Positions 37,740 through 50,842 of a stretch of DNA of 64,000 nucleotides are shown piece after piece (the first letter of the stretch is position 1; the number at the start of each line of letters is the position of its first letter). The position numbers and the translations under genes were made by a program. Under the pieces are notes generated by a model, which was not told where the DNA came from, ran no database searches, and was given only the letters and a program-made list of their open reading frames with translations. Source of the stretch: Isurus oxyrinchus (Eukaryota); the NCBI GenBank assembly GCA_026770705.1, contig JANJGN010000013.1, positions 58,652,001 to 58,716,000 of the forward strand, in the 5' to 3' direction.

Positions 37740-39360
37740 TGCTTTCGGCAAATAGGCATGTGATGTAGCTTCACCAGGTATGCTTGGTGCTGCTGCTGTA
37801 TTATCCCCTGCCACTCTTCATGAGTTGAATATTTGGCTTGATGGTAATGGTACAGTGAGTGATATGCTGGGCTATAACGTTACAGACTGTGGATGAATAA
37901 AATTCTGCTACTGCCGATGGCCCAGAGTGCCTCATGGAAGCCCAGGTTCAATTTGCTAAATATGTTCCAAATCCATCCCATTTCGCACGGTGGCCACACA
38001 ACACAATGGCAGGCATCATCAACGTGAAGATAATACTTTGTTTCTAGAAGACTGTGTGACAATCAGTCCTACCAATACTATAATGGACAGATGCATCTAT
38101 GGCAGGTAGATAGGTGAGGGTGAGGTCAAGTAGAATTTTCCCTCTTGTTGGTTCCTTCACCCCCTGTCACATAACCAGCCTAGAAACTACATCCTTCAGA
38201 ACCTGGCGTGTTGGGTCAGTAGTGATACTAGGGAGTGCCTCTTGGTGATAGACATTGAAGTCCCCCATACAGAGTGCATCCTGCGCCCTTGCCACCCTCA
38301 GTGCTTCTTTCAGCTGGTGTTCAACATGGAGGAGCACTGATTTATCAGTGGGGCTAGGGTGGGGTGATGATGGCGAAGGAAGAACACAGAGAGATAATAT
38401 AAAATGAAGGATACAATTCTAAAGGCGTTGCAAGAGCAGAGGGACCTGGGTAGCCGCCAATAAAGGTTAAGTATACAGTATCCTATGCTTTATTAATATG
38501 GACATATACTGCAAGAGTAAGGAGATTATGTTAAACTTGCATAAAACACTGGTTCGGCCTCAGCTCGATTTTTGTCTCCAGTTTGGGATGTCAGGCTTTA
38601 GGAAGGATGTGAAGACAATAAAGAGAGTTCAGAACGCTTCACAAGAATGTTTCCAGGGATGAAGAACTTCAGGTACATAGATTGGAGCGGTTGAGACTCT
38701 TTTCCATGGAGAAGAGAAGGTTATGAGAAGATTTAATAGAGGTATCCAAAATCATGAGGGGCAGGGGCAGTGTAGATAGAGAGAAACTGTTCCCCCTCCT
38801 GAGAAGATCGAGAACGAGACTGTACAGATTTAAATTATTGGCAAGAGAAGAAATGGAGACATAATGAAAAACATCACAGTGAGTAATTAAGATCTGGAAT
38901 GCCTGAGAGTGTGGTGGAGACAGGCTCAACCGTGGTATTCAAGAGGGAATTGGATTATTATATGAAAAGGAGGAATGTGCAGAGTTATGGGAAGAAGGTG
39001 CGGGGGAATGGCACTCGATGCATTGTTCATTGGGAGAGCCAGAACAACAGGCTGAATTGCCTCCTCTGGTTCTGTGATTCTTTAGGTGCCAATCAGCAGG
39101 AGGTTTCCTTGCCCATATCTGATTTGATGCTATGAGGTTTCACGAGGTCCAGAGTCAATGTTGAGGACTCCCAGTGCAACTCCCTCCTGACTATGTACCA
39201 TTGTGCTTCCAACTCTGGTGGGCTAGGCCATACCCAAGGATGATGATAGTAGTGTCTAAGACTTTGTAAGGTGTGATTCGGTGAGTATGACTACATCAGG
39301 CTTTTGCTTGACTTGTCTATGGGATTGCTCTCTCAATTTTGGCACAAGGCCCCAGATGTT
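37740..39360. mobile_element. Nested LINE debris: a CR1/L2-group fragment (-) interrupted by a CR1 3' fragment (+, about 38390-39080)
   Basis: Similar to 15760-16440 and to 19550-20260. Confidence 0.65.
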
Positions 39361-41234
39361 CGTAAGGAGGACTTTGTATTGTCCACAGGGTTGGGATGCC
39401 ATTAACATTTCCGATGCCGAGGTTTCATCTGGTTGCTGTCCTCTATATATTTCACAGACTTGAACATTGAGGCTAGCCTCTAATATAAGTACTATCTTAT
39501 ATCTTAAGACATGTTTTATGTACAAACCTTTACTCATTCTTGATGTTTATCATGTGTCCACCAGGCAGCTTTGCACCCAGTCACCACTTCCTTAACTTCT
39601 TGCTCCATTCCCCCAAGATTGACAAGAAGCTTAACTGGGCCAGCCACATAAATACTGTGGCGACAAGATCAGGTCACTGGGAACTCGGTGGCAGGTAACA
39701 CACTTCCTGACTCCCCAGAGTGCAAGAACTCTGGGAAGTCCCTACATCGGATTTCTGGCTAATTAACAAAAACTAACTTAAGTGCTCTCACTAATTGATT
39801 GTAAATTAGAGATTTTATCAGTTGTTATATGATAATGCTTGCACTGAACTAAATGTTTAATCCTGCTTATGATGCACTCTGGGTAACAGCAGTTGAAATG
39901 TAAAACAGTGGATAACTGTGTTTTGAACTTTCAGGGACCAGGCGGATAGATGGAAAAGGAACAAAATGATCTAAAAGTAAACTGCAGCAGAAATCTAGCA
40001 AGTGTGAAAACAGCCAGCTTGCTGTATGTGAATTAGAAGATAAACAACTTAGCACGTTCTCAGAGGCCCAGATGTGCATAAAGACGGGGCAAAACTAGCT
40101 GGGTCCCCAGGGCACTAAGCTTTCCTTGTTTTGAACAGGCATTTGAATTGAAATGTTCATGAGCTGATGACTTTTGGAGGGTGGGAAGCCATAGCTCTTG
40201 AGAGTTTGGTTTGGCTTTAGTAGACAGATGGTTCAATAGCATCTGTTGTAATGGGGCTTTCAAATAGTACAAAGGTAATGGTTGGGTTAAACCAATCTTC
40301 ATTGATTTCTCTGCGAAAGTAAAGATCCCTTGAGCAGGTAGAAAGTGGTATTCAGCCAGATGACATTCAGACCATCCCACTGATGGACCCTTGCAGATGA
40401 GCAGGGCTTGCAGAGGAACCACACAGATATTGTCTGGCGTGGCTGGGGAACAATTACGTGGAGATCAAGGCATAATAGTATTGCTGCTGCATTTTGACAT
40501 TACTGCTCAGACGTTAGTATGTGTCAAAGTGTTACTTATACTGAATAAAATGTAATCACTGTCACCAATATGGGTTATCACTTCGAATCATTTCAGATAT
40601 TGGGGAAAGCGGACAAAGGGTTAATTGACGCAGATGCCCCAAATTGTAACAACTAGTAAGCCAGCCAGGAGTGATGAGACATTGCTCTACTTCTCCGATT
40701 TTAAAATGTTAATCGCATCCTAGAGTGTGTGGCCCGTCAGCTTGGGGCATGTGGGTAACCATGGTTTATGTTCTAAGAGCAGGGAATTTGAGAATCTTCC
40801 TGCCAGTGATTCAGTCTCACTTGTTGCGAGTCTGGAGACAGAAACGAACAAGAGAGAATTGATTGGGCCTAGAAACGTACTAATCTGAGCAATATTAAGT
40901 TTAATACAATTGAAGCGTCTATTGGAGTATCCAGCCTATTTGTACAGACATCTGAGACAGGAAAAGCTACAAGAAGAGAAGGAACATTAAACAAACGTTT
41001 CAGTCATCTTCCTGTTGTCTTGGTACCACCACCTCCCATGCACCATTCCAAAGAAGCAATTTTTTTAGACTTTTCACTGTCAACCTGTAGATGGCCACTA
41101 TTCCAATGAGACAATTCTTAATAAAATCCTTAACGTAGCATGATGGCCTGGGCTGAGGGACAATAGTTCCAGTCGAGAAGCTAGTTATCTGCTTTGAGTC
41201 AGCATAACCTAGTAACTGCTACCTTCAGAGTGCC

Positions 41235-42400
41235 TTCGATGGGCCACTGCAAATCGATTTCATCAAGCCTCTACCTAGGATACCAGCATTGCCTGATTAT
41301 TATAGGCATGTTTACCAAATGGATATGGGGGTGTTCCCCTGTAAAACCAACTTAACCAAACATTACCAATGCAGCTATGGCAGCAGCCCGAGTCTTGTTG
41401 TGTGAATTGTTCTGCTGGTTGGCAATACTTGTTCAAATGGATAGCAATCAGGAATCACACTTTACTTTTGCATTGGATGTAGGTGTCATTAGCAAGGCCA
41501 GCATTTGTGATAATCCTTAGCTCCCCTTGATTGGCCATTTCAGTGGACAGTTAAGAGTCAATCACATTGCTGTCCATCTGGAGTCACATGTAGGCCAGAT
41601 CAAGTAAGGATGGCAGATTTCCTTCCCTGAAGGGCATAGGTGAAGCAGATAGGTTTTTGTGACAATCGATGATAGCTTCATGGCACTATAACTAGGGCCA
41701 GCTACCAGCTGCCATCTTGGGATTTGGACCCATGTCCTTAGGGCACTATCTTGGTTTACTGGTCAAGGGGCATTTCCACTATGCCACAGTTTCTGTCAGC
41801 TGGATAATTTTTTACTGAACTATTGAAATTGTTGGGAATCACTAAAAAGCTATACGTGAGTTACCACTCACAATTCTTGGGGGGCAGTGGAACTGGGAGA
41901 TCGATGGAGAAAAATGTTGAAAGCGTTTTGTGCAGAACACCCTACATAGTGGGTTAAAATTATGCCACGTGCCTGCTGGCGATCTGATCAACATCTCTCT
42001 TCAGCAAGGAAATATCTTCTTACCAGGCCATGACCTGTAGAATATTGCGAACCCTAGGTATCCGTTAATACCTAATTCAGTGCCAGTGCTAACAGGGATA
42101 GCAGCTAACGGCTGGTTCCAATAATTGGTGGATTACATTTCCGCAACTAACGCGTTTGTAGCAAAGAACCTGGGCAAAACAAAACGGCAGTGAAAAGTTG
42201 CTTAGACAAAAAGGTACGATATCAGAATATCAGTTTGGTGCAGAGCTCATGGGATACGACAGAAGAAAATTCGTTTTGAGCCTAAAGGCGGATCATTTGC
42301 TGCTTATAGGCCGGGTCAGCTTGACTGTGTATCTGATCCAAATAACTGATTAAAAAAAGGAAAGAAACTGGGAAAATTGCATCGCATCAATCAGTTAAAG
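41235..42400 (+). mobile_element. Degenerate LTR-element integrase (Gypsy/ERV), interrupted by a SINE at about 41470-41790
   Basis: Hand translation: GPLQIDFIKPLP..CLIIIGMFTKW, VQMDSNQESHFT, then LGITKKLYVSYHSQFLGAVE, which is the D,D(35)E layout. Confidence 0.72.
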
Positions 42401-43769
42401 TTAGTGAAAATTTAATACACTAGAAGTGTCCAATGCCCTGAATAAGATAGTCAGTTAATGTGCGACTCAGAATTTTAGATTAAAAACATAATGGTAGCTT
42501 TAAAAATGGTATCTTGTGAGTTAGAGTGTGAGAGAAACCAGTACGAACTCATCCTAGAAATATTGTGGTGTTTTCAGTGTGAATCCTGGGACTCTCCGTT
42601 ACAGTGAACAATGAAAACAGGGTGGCCCGGGGCGGGGGTGGGGGTGGGTGGAGGGGGGGGGGGGGGGGGGGGGTGGTGCGGGGGTGCGGGGGCGGTGGGT
42701 GGTTGGAAGCCCCAGGTGGTGGGAGATGGAATTATTAGATTCAATGAAACAACTTCCGACTGATCTCGTATTTAGTACCAGCGAGAAGTGGGGGAGTTTC
42801 TTCATCGCACTACGCTATGTTAGCCAGGCAGTAGTAACAACTTAACCAGATCTGGGAGGTTACCGGGCTGTGGCTCCATGTGAAAAAGAGATGCTGGGGC
42901 GCCTCAGAGGGCAATGTTTCTTTGGAGAACAGAGTAAGGACAGGCAAACTGCTAATGATGTGTTAAAAAGTCATTTACCCAAAGACCTCTCAGTATTGGG
43001 AGGAACAAGGGCGATATACTGGCCGCACCTTTCGAGGTATAAGGAGGCATATTACACCTGAGTCTCAATCATGGGAATCCCAAAGAAATAACCTGCCCTT
43101 TGGGGAAAATATGAGTCATATACGGGATGTACAATGAGTCATTTCCTTGTTATGTATACAGAAGCGACTCCGGTGGGGTGGGGGTGGGGACGGGGGTTGT
43201 GGGGGGTGTTGAATATCATTGCTGTTCACTCAGCAACACTCTGGGCAGCTGCAGACGCTGGAAGTGTCCAACATGCTGTGGTTAAACTGTGGGAATACGG
43301 GTTATAAAGCTAGTTCTTCGGCCCCTATCCTCTCGGCCAAAGTTTAATGCCAACCGGCGGGTAAAAATAGGATGTCCCAGTTTAAGCCCCCGGCCCACGA
43401 ATGGGCTCTTGTTGTTTCTACTGGCATGCTCCACTGCAAAGAATTACATTACGAGACCACCCATATTCTTCTAAATTTGACAACCCTCACAATAGTCGGA
43501 TTTTTTGTGCCTTGCTTCTTGAAAACTGGTTCCTAAAATTTCTTTAACGTCTGATATTTCCCTAATCTCAGTGTTTTCACCTGTTTTTGTTGTTAACCTG
43601 CCCACGGTTATATTCATTAATCTCTCCTCATTGATATACATTTAGAAACGTTTACGATCTGTTTTAATGTCTCTTGCTGGTCTACTCTGTAATTATATTT
43701 CCTCATCAATTGCTTGATCTTCATGTATGCTATTCTTTCGGAAACATAAGCCTCTTCTTTTGATACACT

Positions 43770-46060
43770 CATAGACAATTGCAGCACAGAAGGAGCCCAC
43801 TAGGCCTATCGTGACCGCGCCGATCAACTAAGATCTGAATCTACTAATCCCATTTTCCAGCGCTTGGCCCATGGCCCTGGGGACCATGGCAACGCAAGAG
43901 AATATCTAAATACATCTTAAATGTTACGAGGGTTTCTGACTCAATCACCCTTTCAGGCAGTAAGTTCCAGACTCCCAATACCCTCTGGGTGAAAATAATT
44001 CTCCTTGGCTCTCCTCTTCCAGTTAAAACCTCGCTCTTTAATCTATTCCCCCTGGTTATTGACCCCTCTACTACTGGAAAAAGTGCCTTCCTATCCACCC
44101 TATCGATGCCCCTCATAAACTTATACACCTCTATGAGATCCCTCTCAACCTTCCCTGCTCCAAGAAAAGCAACCTGAGCCCATCTAATCTTTCCTCACAG
44201 CTCAGACCCGCCAGGCCGGGCAGCATCCTTGTAAATCACCTATGCACCCTCTCCAGTGCAATCACATCCTTCCTATATTGTGGTGACCAGAACTGCACGC
44301 AGAAATCCAGTTGTGGGCTAACCAGCTTTTTATACATTTCCTCCCTGTTCTTGTATTTTATGTCTCACCTAATAAAGGCAAATACCCCATGTGCCTTCTT
44401 AACCACCTTATCTACCTGCTCTGCTTCCTTCAAGGATCTGTAGATATGCACAACAAGGTCCCTCTGATCTTCAGTACTTCCTGGGGAGCCACCATTCATA
44501 GTGTAATCTCTTGCCTTGTTAGCACGCCCAAGTGCACTTCATACTTTTCCAGGTTGAATTCCATTTGCCACTGCTCTGCCCAAATGACCAGTCAATTGAT
44601 ATCCTCCTGCAGTTTATGGCTATCCTCCTCACTCTTTAGTACCCTACCAATTTCCGTGTCACTCACTAACTTCTTGATCATACCCCATACATTTAAGTCC
44701 AAATCATTTCAGTACACCACAAACAGCAAGGGCCCCAGCACTGAGCCCTTGGCTCGGAACCTTACTGGAAACAGACCTCCAGTCACAGAAACATTCCTCT
44801 ACCTTCACCCCCTGCTTCCTGCCTCGCAGCTAATTTTGGACCCAAGGTGCCATTTTGCCTTGGATTCCATGGGCTGTTGCTTTATTGACCAGTATGCCAC
44901 GAGGGACCTTATCAGAAGCCTTCCTAGAGTTCACGTAGACTACATCAAATGTATTACCCTCATCAACACTCCTGGTTACCTTCTCAAAAAAATGATCAAA
45001 TTTGTCAAACACGAAATTCCCTTAACAAATCCATGCTGACTATGCCTGATTAATCTGTGTCTCTCCAAATGCAGATAAATTCTGTCCCTCAGAATTCTTT
45101 CTAGCAGCTTCCCCACCACCGAGGTTAGACTGACTGGCCTGTAATTCCTGGTCAATCTCTTTCTCCCTTTTCTAATAATGGGACAACGTTAGCAGTCCTC
45201 CAGTCCTTTGGCACTTCAGCTGTGGCCAGAGAGGATTTGAAAATTACTCCTTGATATCTCTTCCTTTGCCTCTCTCAACAGCCTGGGATACATCTCATCC
45301 AGGCCTGCAGATGTATCCACTTTTAAGGCCGCTAAACCCGCTGGTGCCTCCTCTCCCTTTATGTTAATTTCCTCTAATATTTCACAGTCCTCTGCCCTGA
45401 TGTCTATACCTGCGTCGTCCATTTCCATTGTGAAGACCGGCGCAAAGCATTAATTGAGGACTGTACCCACGTCTTCCGGGTCTACACGCAGATTACCTCT
45501 ATGACCCCTAATTGGTCCTACTCTTTCCCTAGTTATTGCCTTGCTCTTCATATATATTTTTTTAAAACCCTTTGAATTTTCCTTTACTCTCCCCACCATT
45601 GCTTTCTCGTGCACTCTCTTAGCTTTCCTAATTTCCTTTTTTAAGTTCTCCCCTGCACTCTATACTCCTCTAGGGACTCTGCCGAATTGAACCTTCGGCA
45701 TCTGACATACGCTTCCCTTTTTTTCTTAATCCTAACCCTTGTGTCCCTTGACACCCAGGGTTCTCCGGTCTTGGTTCCCACCCACCCCCCATATGTCTTT
45801 TCGGGAACATATTTGCCTTGTACTCTCGCTATTCCCTCCTTGAATGCCTTCCACTGCTCTGACACATTTTTATCTGCAAGTAGCTGCCCCAAGTCCCCTA
45901 GGCCCAGATTGTATCTCATCTTAGTAAAATTAGCCTTTCCTCAGTTTAGAACTTTAATTCCTGCCCCAATTTTATCCTTTTCCATAACTATCCGAAATCT
46001 AACTGAGCATGGTCACTGCCTCCAAAATGCTCCCCTATTGATACGCCTTCCAGCTTCCCG
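43770..46060 (-). mobile_element. Degenerate CR1 LINE ORF2
   Basis: GLDEMYPRLLREA, KASDKVPRG and FTQRVLGVWNLLP peptides; similar to 18645-20267. Confidence 0.88.
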
Positions 46061-46642
46061 GGTATTTGTATCTATACGTATCTATACACACACGCATAGG
46101 CACACAGACACACACACAAACGTATAGACAAACACATAAACTTGGAGTGGAGCCAAGGTGAGCAGAAGTGCTTCAGCTAATCCCATAGTAGTGGTGAGAT
46201 TTGTTTAGAGGACACTTCGCGCACTCTTTATTACATGAGCCTTAACGTTACCGAAAAAAATAATAGGTTTGACGTACATTGCATCAGAAATGAAAGACAA
46301 GAAAATGGTGCTGCATTTGGTCAATTATTTTATTGAACAGCTTTATTGGGAAGGTCTAATCGTGATTGAATATTTAAAATGCAATCACCATATTTTTGCC
46401 TTTAATTAATGTTCTCGGATGCATAACCATGAATTAATGAACATTGACTTTTCATCGCGAATACCGGCAATAGGAGATGGAAGAGCCTTTAAAAATAGCA
46501 AGTCTTACAAAGCGAAGCTCCAATCGCAATGGTCATTTGCTTAAATCTCCGAAATACAATCAATTTTTACAGTTCTGTCACATGAAAGAAATGAATAGGA
46601 ATGAACAAACATTCTCAGCTGGGTCAAGTACACTTTCTGAAA

Positions 46643-46930
46643 TCACATTCAGCTGGACTTCGAGCTGCTTGATGTTTAATCAGGCAGGAGTAAAGCTCGT
46701 GTGAGTTCCAGGCTGAGGCTGACAGCATCAGATAACTGTTCACGCTGAACGTGTTGTCCGCATCCTGCTGGTCTCAACCCCGTTGCCTCTGACACTGCCA
46801 TCTACAGTCCATTCAATCTCCACAGCTCCTGTCTTAAAACCGCTCACCAAACACACCAGGGTCACCATGTTCTTCGCTGTGATTTGATCCCATGAAGGCG
46901 GAAGGACAGAGACCGATGGTTCCTGCGGAT
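46643..46930 (-). pseudogene. IgL type II/lambda constant pseudo-exon C4
   Basis: Acceptor mutated AG to AA. Reads PQEPSVSVLPPSWDQITAKNMVTLVCLVSGF..EWTVDGSVRGNG, then frameshifts and deletions; ends SKSS*M*; AATAAA 46329-46334 (-). Confidence 0.92.
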
Positions 46931-47029
46931 TTATTTTTTAAAAACTTGGTTTAGCAGTGTTGGGGAATGTTTTGTTTGAAACATGAGATTTTTTTTCTAA
47001 GCAATATAATTCGAATTTGTTTATTCAGT

Positions 47030-47295
47030 TTAATACAACGAATAGGTCAATTTCATTTACAATTATTTCAATATGTTACTTCATCCGAGGAAGTTTAAAG
47101 GTGGGAGAACCAATGGATCTTTCGCATCTGAAGAAGCGAATTTCAGTTTTAATGGCTGACTGCTTAATACAACGAATAGGTCAATTTCATTTACAATTAT
47201 TTCAATATGTTACTTCATCCGAGGAAGTTTAAAAGTGGGAACCCGATGGATCTTTCGCATCTGAAGAAGCGAATTTCAGTTTTAATGGCTGACTG
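47030..47295. repeat. Two-copy tandem duplication, period about 134 bp
   Basis: TTAATACAACGAATAGG...GGCTGACTG starts at 47030 and again at 47164, with only a few differences. Confidence 0.92.
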
Positions 47296-47498
47296 GACTT
47301 GATATTTTTGTTCTGTCCAAGTTTACGGAAAACAAAACTTGTACATTACATTTCTTGATGTCATCCCTGAATGAAATAGAATTCAACTTTACTGTAAATA
47401 TATTGCCAACTATAACACGGTCGTTATATAGCTGCCGTATCTCCTGTTTGAGACGCCGGGGCGCTGGGAACTATTAGAAATAGGATTAAAATACTAAA

Positions 47499-50400
47499 AT
47501 AAAAACAAAAAAAACAAAAAAAAACTGCGGATGCTGGAAATCCAAAACAAAAACAGAAATACCTGGAAAAACTCAGCAGGTCTGGCAGCATCGGCGGAGA
47601 AGAAAAGAGTTGACGTTTCGAGTCCTCATGACCCTTCGACAGAACTTGATTTCGAGTCCAAGAAAGAGTTGAAATATAAGCTGGTTTAAGGTGTGTGTGG
47701 GGGGCGGAGAGATAGAGAGAGAGAGAGGTGGTTGTGTAGACAAACAAGCAGTGATAGAAGCAGATCATCAAAAGATGTCAGCGACAATGGTACAAAAGTA
47801 CACATAGGCGTTAAAGTTAAAGTTGGTGATATTATCTAAACGAATGTGCTAATTAAGAATGGATGGTAGGGCACTCAAGGTACAGCTCTAGTGGGGGTGG
47901 GGGGAGCATAAAAGATTTTAAAATATTTAAAAATAATGGAAATAGGTGGGAAAAGAAAAATCTATATAATTTATAGGGAAAAAAAAGGAAAAAGGGGGAA
48001 ACAGAAAGGGGGTGGGGATGGAGGAGGGAGCTCACGACCTAAAGTTGTTGAATTCAATATTCAGACCGGAAGGCTGTAAGGTGCCTAGTCGGAAGATGAG
48101 GTGTTGTTCCTCCAGTTTGCGTTGGGCTTCACTGGAACAATGCAGAAAGCCAAGGACAGACATGTGGGCAAGAGAGCAGGGTGGAGTGTTAAAATGGCAA
48201 GCGACAGGGAGGTTTGGGTCATTCTTGCCGACAGACCGCAGGTGTTCTGCAAAGCGGTCGCCCAGTTTACGTTTGGTCTCTCCAATGTAGAGGAGACCAC
48301 ATTGGGAGCAACGAATGCAGTAGACTAAGTTGGGGGAAATGCAAGTGAAATGCTGCTTCACTTGAAAGGAGTGTTTGGGCCCTTGGACGGTGAGGAGAGA
48401 GGAAGTGAAGGGGCAGGTGTTACATCTTTTGCGTGGGCATGGGGTGGTGCCATTGGAGGGGGTTGAGGAGTAGGGGGTGATGGAGGAGTGGACCAGGGTG
48501 TCCCAGAGGGAGCGATCCCTATGGAATGTCGATAAGGGGGGTGAAGGGAAGATGTGTTTGGTGGTGGCATCATGCTGGAGTTGGCGGAAATGGCGGAGGA
48601 TGATCCTTTGAATGCGGAGGCTGGTGGGGTGATAAGTGAGGACAAGGGGGACCCTATCATGTTTCTGGGAGGGAGGAGAAGGCGTGAGGGCAGATGCGCG
48701 GGAGATGGGCCGGACACGGTTGAGGGCCCTGTCAACGACCGTGGGTGGAAAACCTCGGTTAAGGAAGAAGGAGGACATGTCAGAGGAACCGTTTTTGAAG
48801 GTAGCATCATCGGAACAGATGCGACGAAGGCGAAGGAACTGGGAGAATGGGATGGAGTCCTTACAGGAAGCGGGGTGTGAGGAGCTGTAGTCGAGGTAGC
48901 TGTGGGAGTCGGTGGGTTTGTAATGGATATTAGTGGACAGTCTATCACCAGAGATTGAGACAGAGAGGTCAAGGAAGGGAAGGGAAGTGTCAGAGATGGA
49001 CCACGTGAAAATGATGCAGGGGTGGAGATTGGAAGCAAAATTAATAAATTTTTCCAAGTCCCGACGAGAGCATGAAGCGGCACCGAAGTAATCATCGATG
49101 TACCGGAGAAAAAGTTGTGGAAGGGGGCCGGTGTAGGACTGCAACAAGGAATGTTCCACATACCCCATAAAGAGACAGGCATAGCTGGGGCCCATGCGGG
49201 TACCCATAGACACACCTTTAATTTGGAGAAAGTGAGAGGAGTTGAAGGAGAAATTGTTCAACGTGAGAACAAGTTCAGCCAGATGGAGGAGAGTAGTGGT
49301 GGATGGGGATTGTTCGGGCCTCTGTTCGAGGAAGAAGCTAAGGGCCCTCAGACCATCCTGGTGGGGGATGGAGGTGTAGAGGGATTGGATGTCCATGGTG
49401 AAGAGGAAGCGGTTGGAGCCAGGGAACTGGAAATTGTTGATGTGACATAAGGTGTCAGAGGAATCACGGATGTAGGTGGGAAGGGACTGGACAAGGGGAG
49501 AGAGAAGGGAGTCAAGATAACGAGAAATGAGTTCTGTGGGGCAGGAGTAAGCTGAGACGATCTGTCGCATCTGTTCCGATGATGCTACCTTCAAAAACGG
49601 TTCCTCTGACATGTCCTCCTTCTTCCTTAACCGAGGTTTTCCACCCACGGTCGTTGACAGGGCCCTCAACCGTGTCCGGCCCATCTCCCGCGCATCCACC
49701 CTCATGCCTTCTCCTCCCTCCCAGAAACATGATAGGGTCCCCCTTGTCCTCACTTATCACCCCACCAGCCTCCGCATTCAAAGGATCATCCTCCGCCATT
49801 TCCGCCAACTCCAGCATGATGCCACCACCAAACACATCTTCCCTTCACCCCCCTTATCGGCATTCCATAGGGATCGCTCCCTCCGGGACACCCTGGTCCA
49901 CTCCTCCATCACCCCCTACTCCTCAACCCCCTCCTATGGCACCACCCCATGCCCACGCAAAAGAAGTAACACCTGCCCCTTCACTTCCTCTCTCCTCACC
50001 GTCCAAGGGCCCAAACACTCCTTTCAAGTGAAGCAGCATTTCACTTGCATTTCCCCCAACTTAGTCTACTGCATTCGTTGCTCCCAATGTGGTCTCCTCT
50101 ACATTGGAGAGACCAAACGTAAACTGGGCGACCGCTTTGCAGAACACCTGCGATCTGTCGGCAAGAATGACCCAAACCTCCCTGTCGCTTGCCATTTTAA
50201 CACTCCACCCTGCTCTCTTGCCCACATGTCTGTCCTTGGCTTGCTGCATTGTTCCAGTGAAGCCCAACGCAAACTGGAGGAATAACACCTCATCTTCCGA
50301 CTAGGCACCTTACAGCCTTCCAGTCTGAATATTGAATTCAACAACTTTAGGTCGTGAGCTCCCTCCTCCATCCCCACCCCCTTTCTGTTTCCCCCTTTTT

Positions 50401-50842
50401 CCTTTTTTTCCCTATAAATTTTATAGATTTTTCTTTTCCCACCATTTCCATTATTTTTAAATATTTTAAAATCTTTTATGCTCCCCCCACCCCCACTAGA
50501 GCTGTACCTTGAGTGCCCTACCATCCATTCTTAATTAGCACATTAGTTTAGATAATATCACCAACTTTAACTTTAACACCTGTGTGTTCTTTTGTACCAT
50601 TGTCGCTGACATCTTTTGATGATCTGCTTCTATCACTGCTTGTTTGTCTACACAACCACCTCTCTCTCTCTCTATCTCTCCGCCCCCCACACACACACCT
50701 TAAACCAGCTTATATTTCAACTCTTTCTTGGACTCGAAATCAAGTTCTGTCGAAGGGTCATGAGGACTCGAAACGTCAACTCTTTTCTTCTCCGCCGATG
50801 CTGCCAGACCTGCTGAGTTTTTCCAGGTAATTCTGTTTTTGT
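47499..50842 (-). mobile_element. PLE (probably Neptune-like): 5'-truncated copy plus a 1.28-kb inverted arm
   Basis: 13-bp TSD TTAAAATACTAAA at 47486-47498 and 50843-50855. Left arm 47499-49561 (-), right arm 49564-50842 (+). Hammerhead motifs at 47608-47646 (-) and 50743-50781 (+). Confidence 0.95.
48032..49561 (-). CDS. Uninterrupted but 5'-truncated PLE reverse transcriptase + GIY-YIG endonuclease frame (about 510 codons)
   Basis: FTMDIQSLYTSIP, QIKGVSMGTRMGPSYA and FLRYIDD; Cys linker CPRKRCNTC; VYCIRCSQC..YIGET..RFAEH..HFN..LEE..GLN. Confidence 0.92.
   Translation of the reverse strand: MVSAYSCPTELISRYLDSLLSPLVQSLPTYIRDSSDTLCHINNFQFPGSNRFLFTMDIQSLYTSIPHQDGLRALSFFLEQRPEQSPSTTTLLHLAELVLTLNNFSFNSSHFLQIKGVSMGTRMGPSYACLFMGYVEHSLLQSYTGPLPQLFLRYIDDYFGAASCSRRDLEKFINFASNLHPCIIFTWSISDTSLPFLDLSVSISGDRLSTNIHYKPTDSHSYLDYSSSHPASCKDSIPFSQFLRLRRICSDDATFKNGSSDMSSFFLNRGFPPTVVDRALNRVRPISRASALTPSPPSQKHDRVPLVLTYHPTSLRIQRIILRHFRQLQHDATTKHIFPSPPLSTFHRDRSLWDTLVHSSITPYSSTPSNGTTPCPRKRCNTCPFTSSLLTVQGPKHSFQVKQHFTCISPNLVYCIRCSQCGLLYIGETKRKLGDRFAEHLRSVGKNDPNLPVACHFNTPPCSLAHMSVLGFLHCSSEAQRKLEEQHLIFRLGTLQPSGLNIEFNNFRS

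Noticed and set aside
44311-45039. 242-aa plus-strand ORF
   Set aside because: Antisense to CR1 RT.
49562-49753. N-terminus of the 573-aa ORF as a real PLE start
   Set aside because: It is the antisense of the inverted arm read across the fold-back junction.
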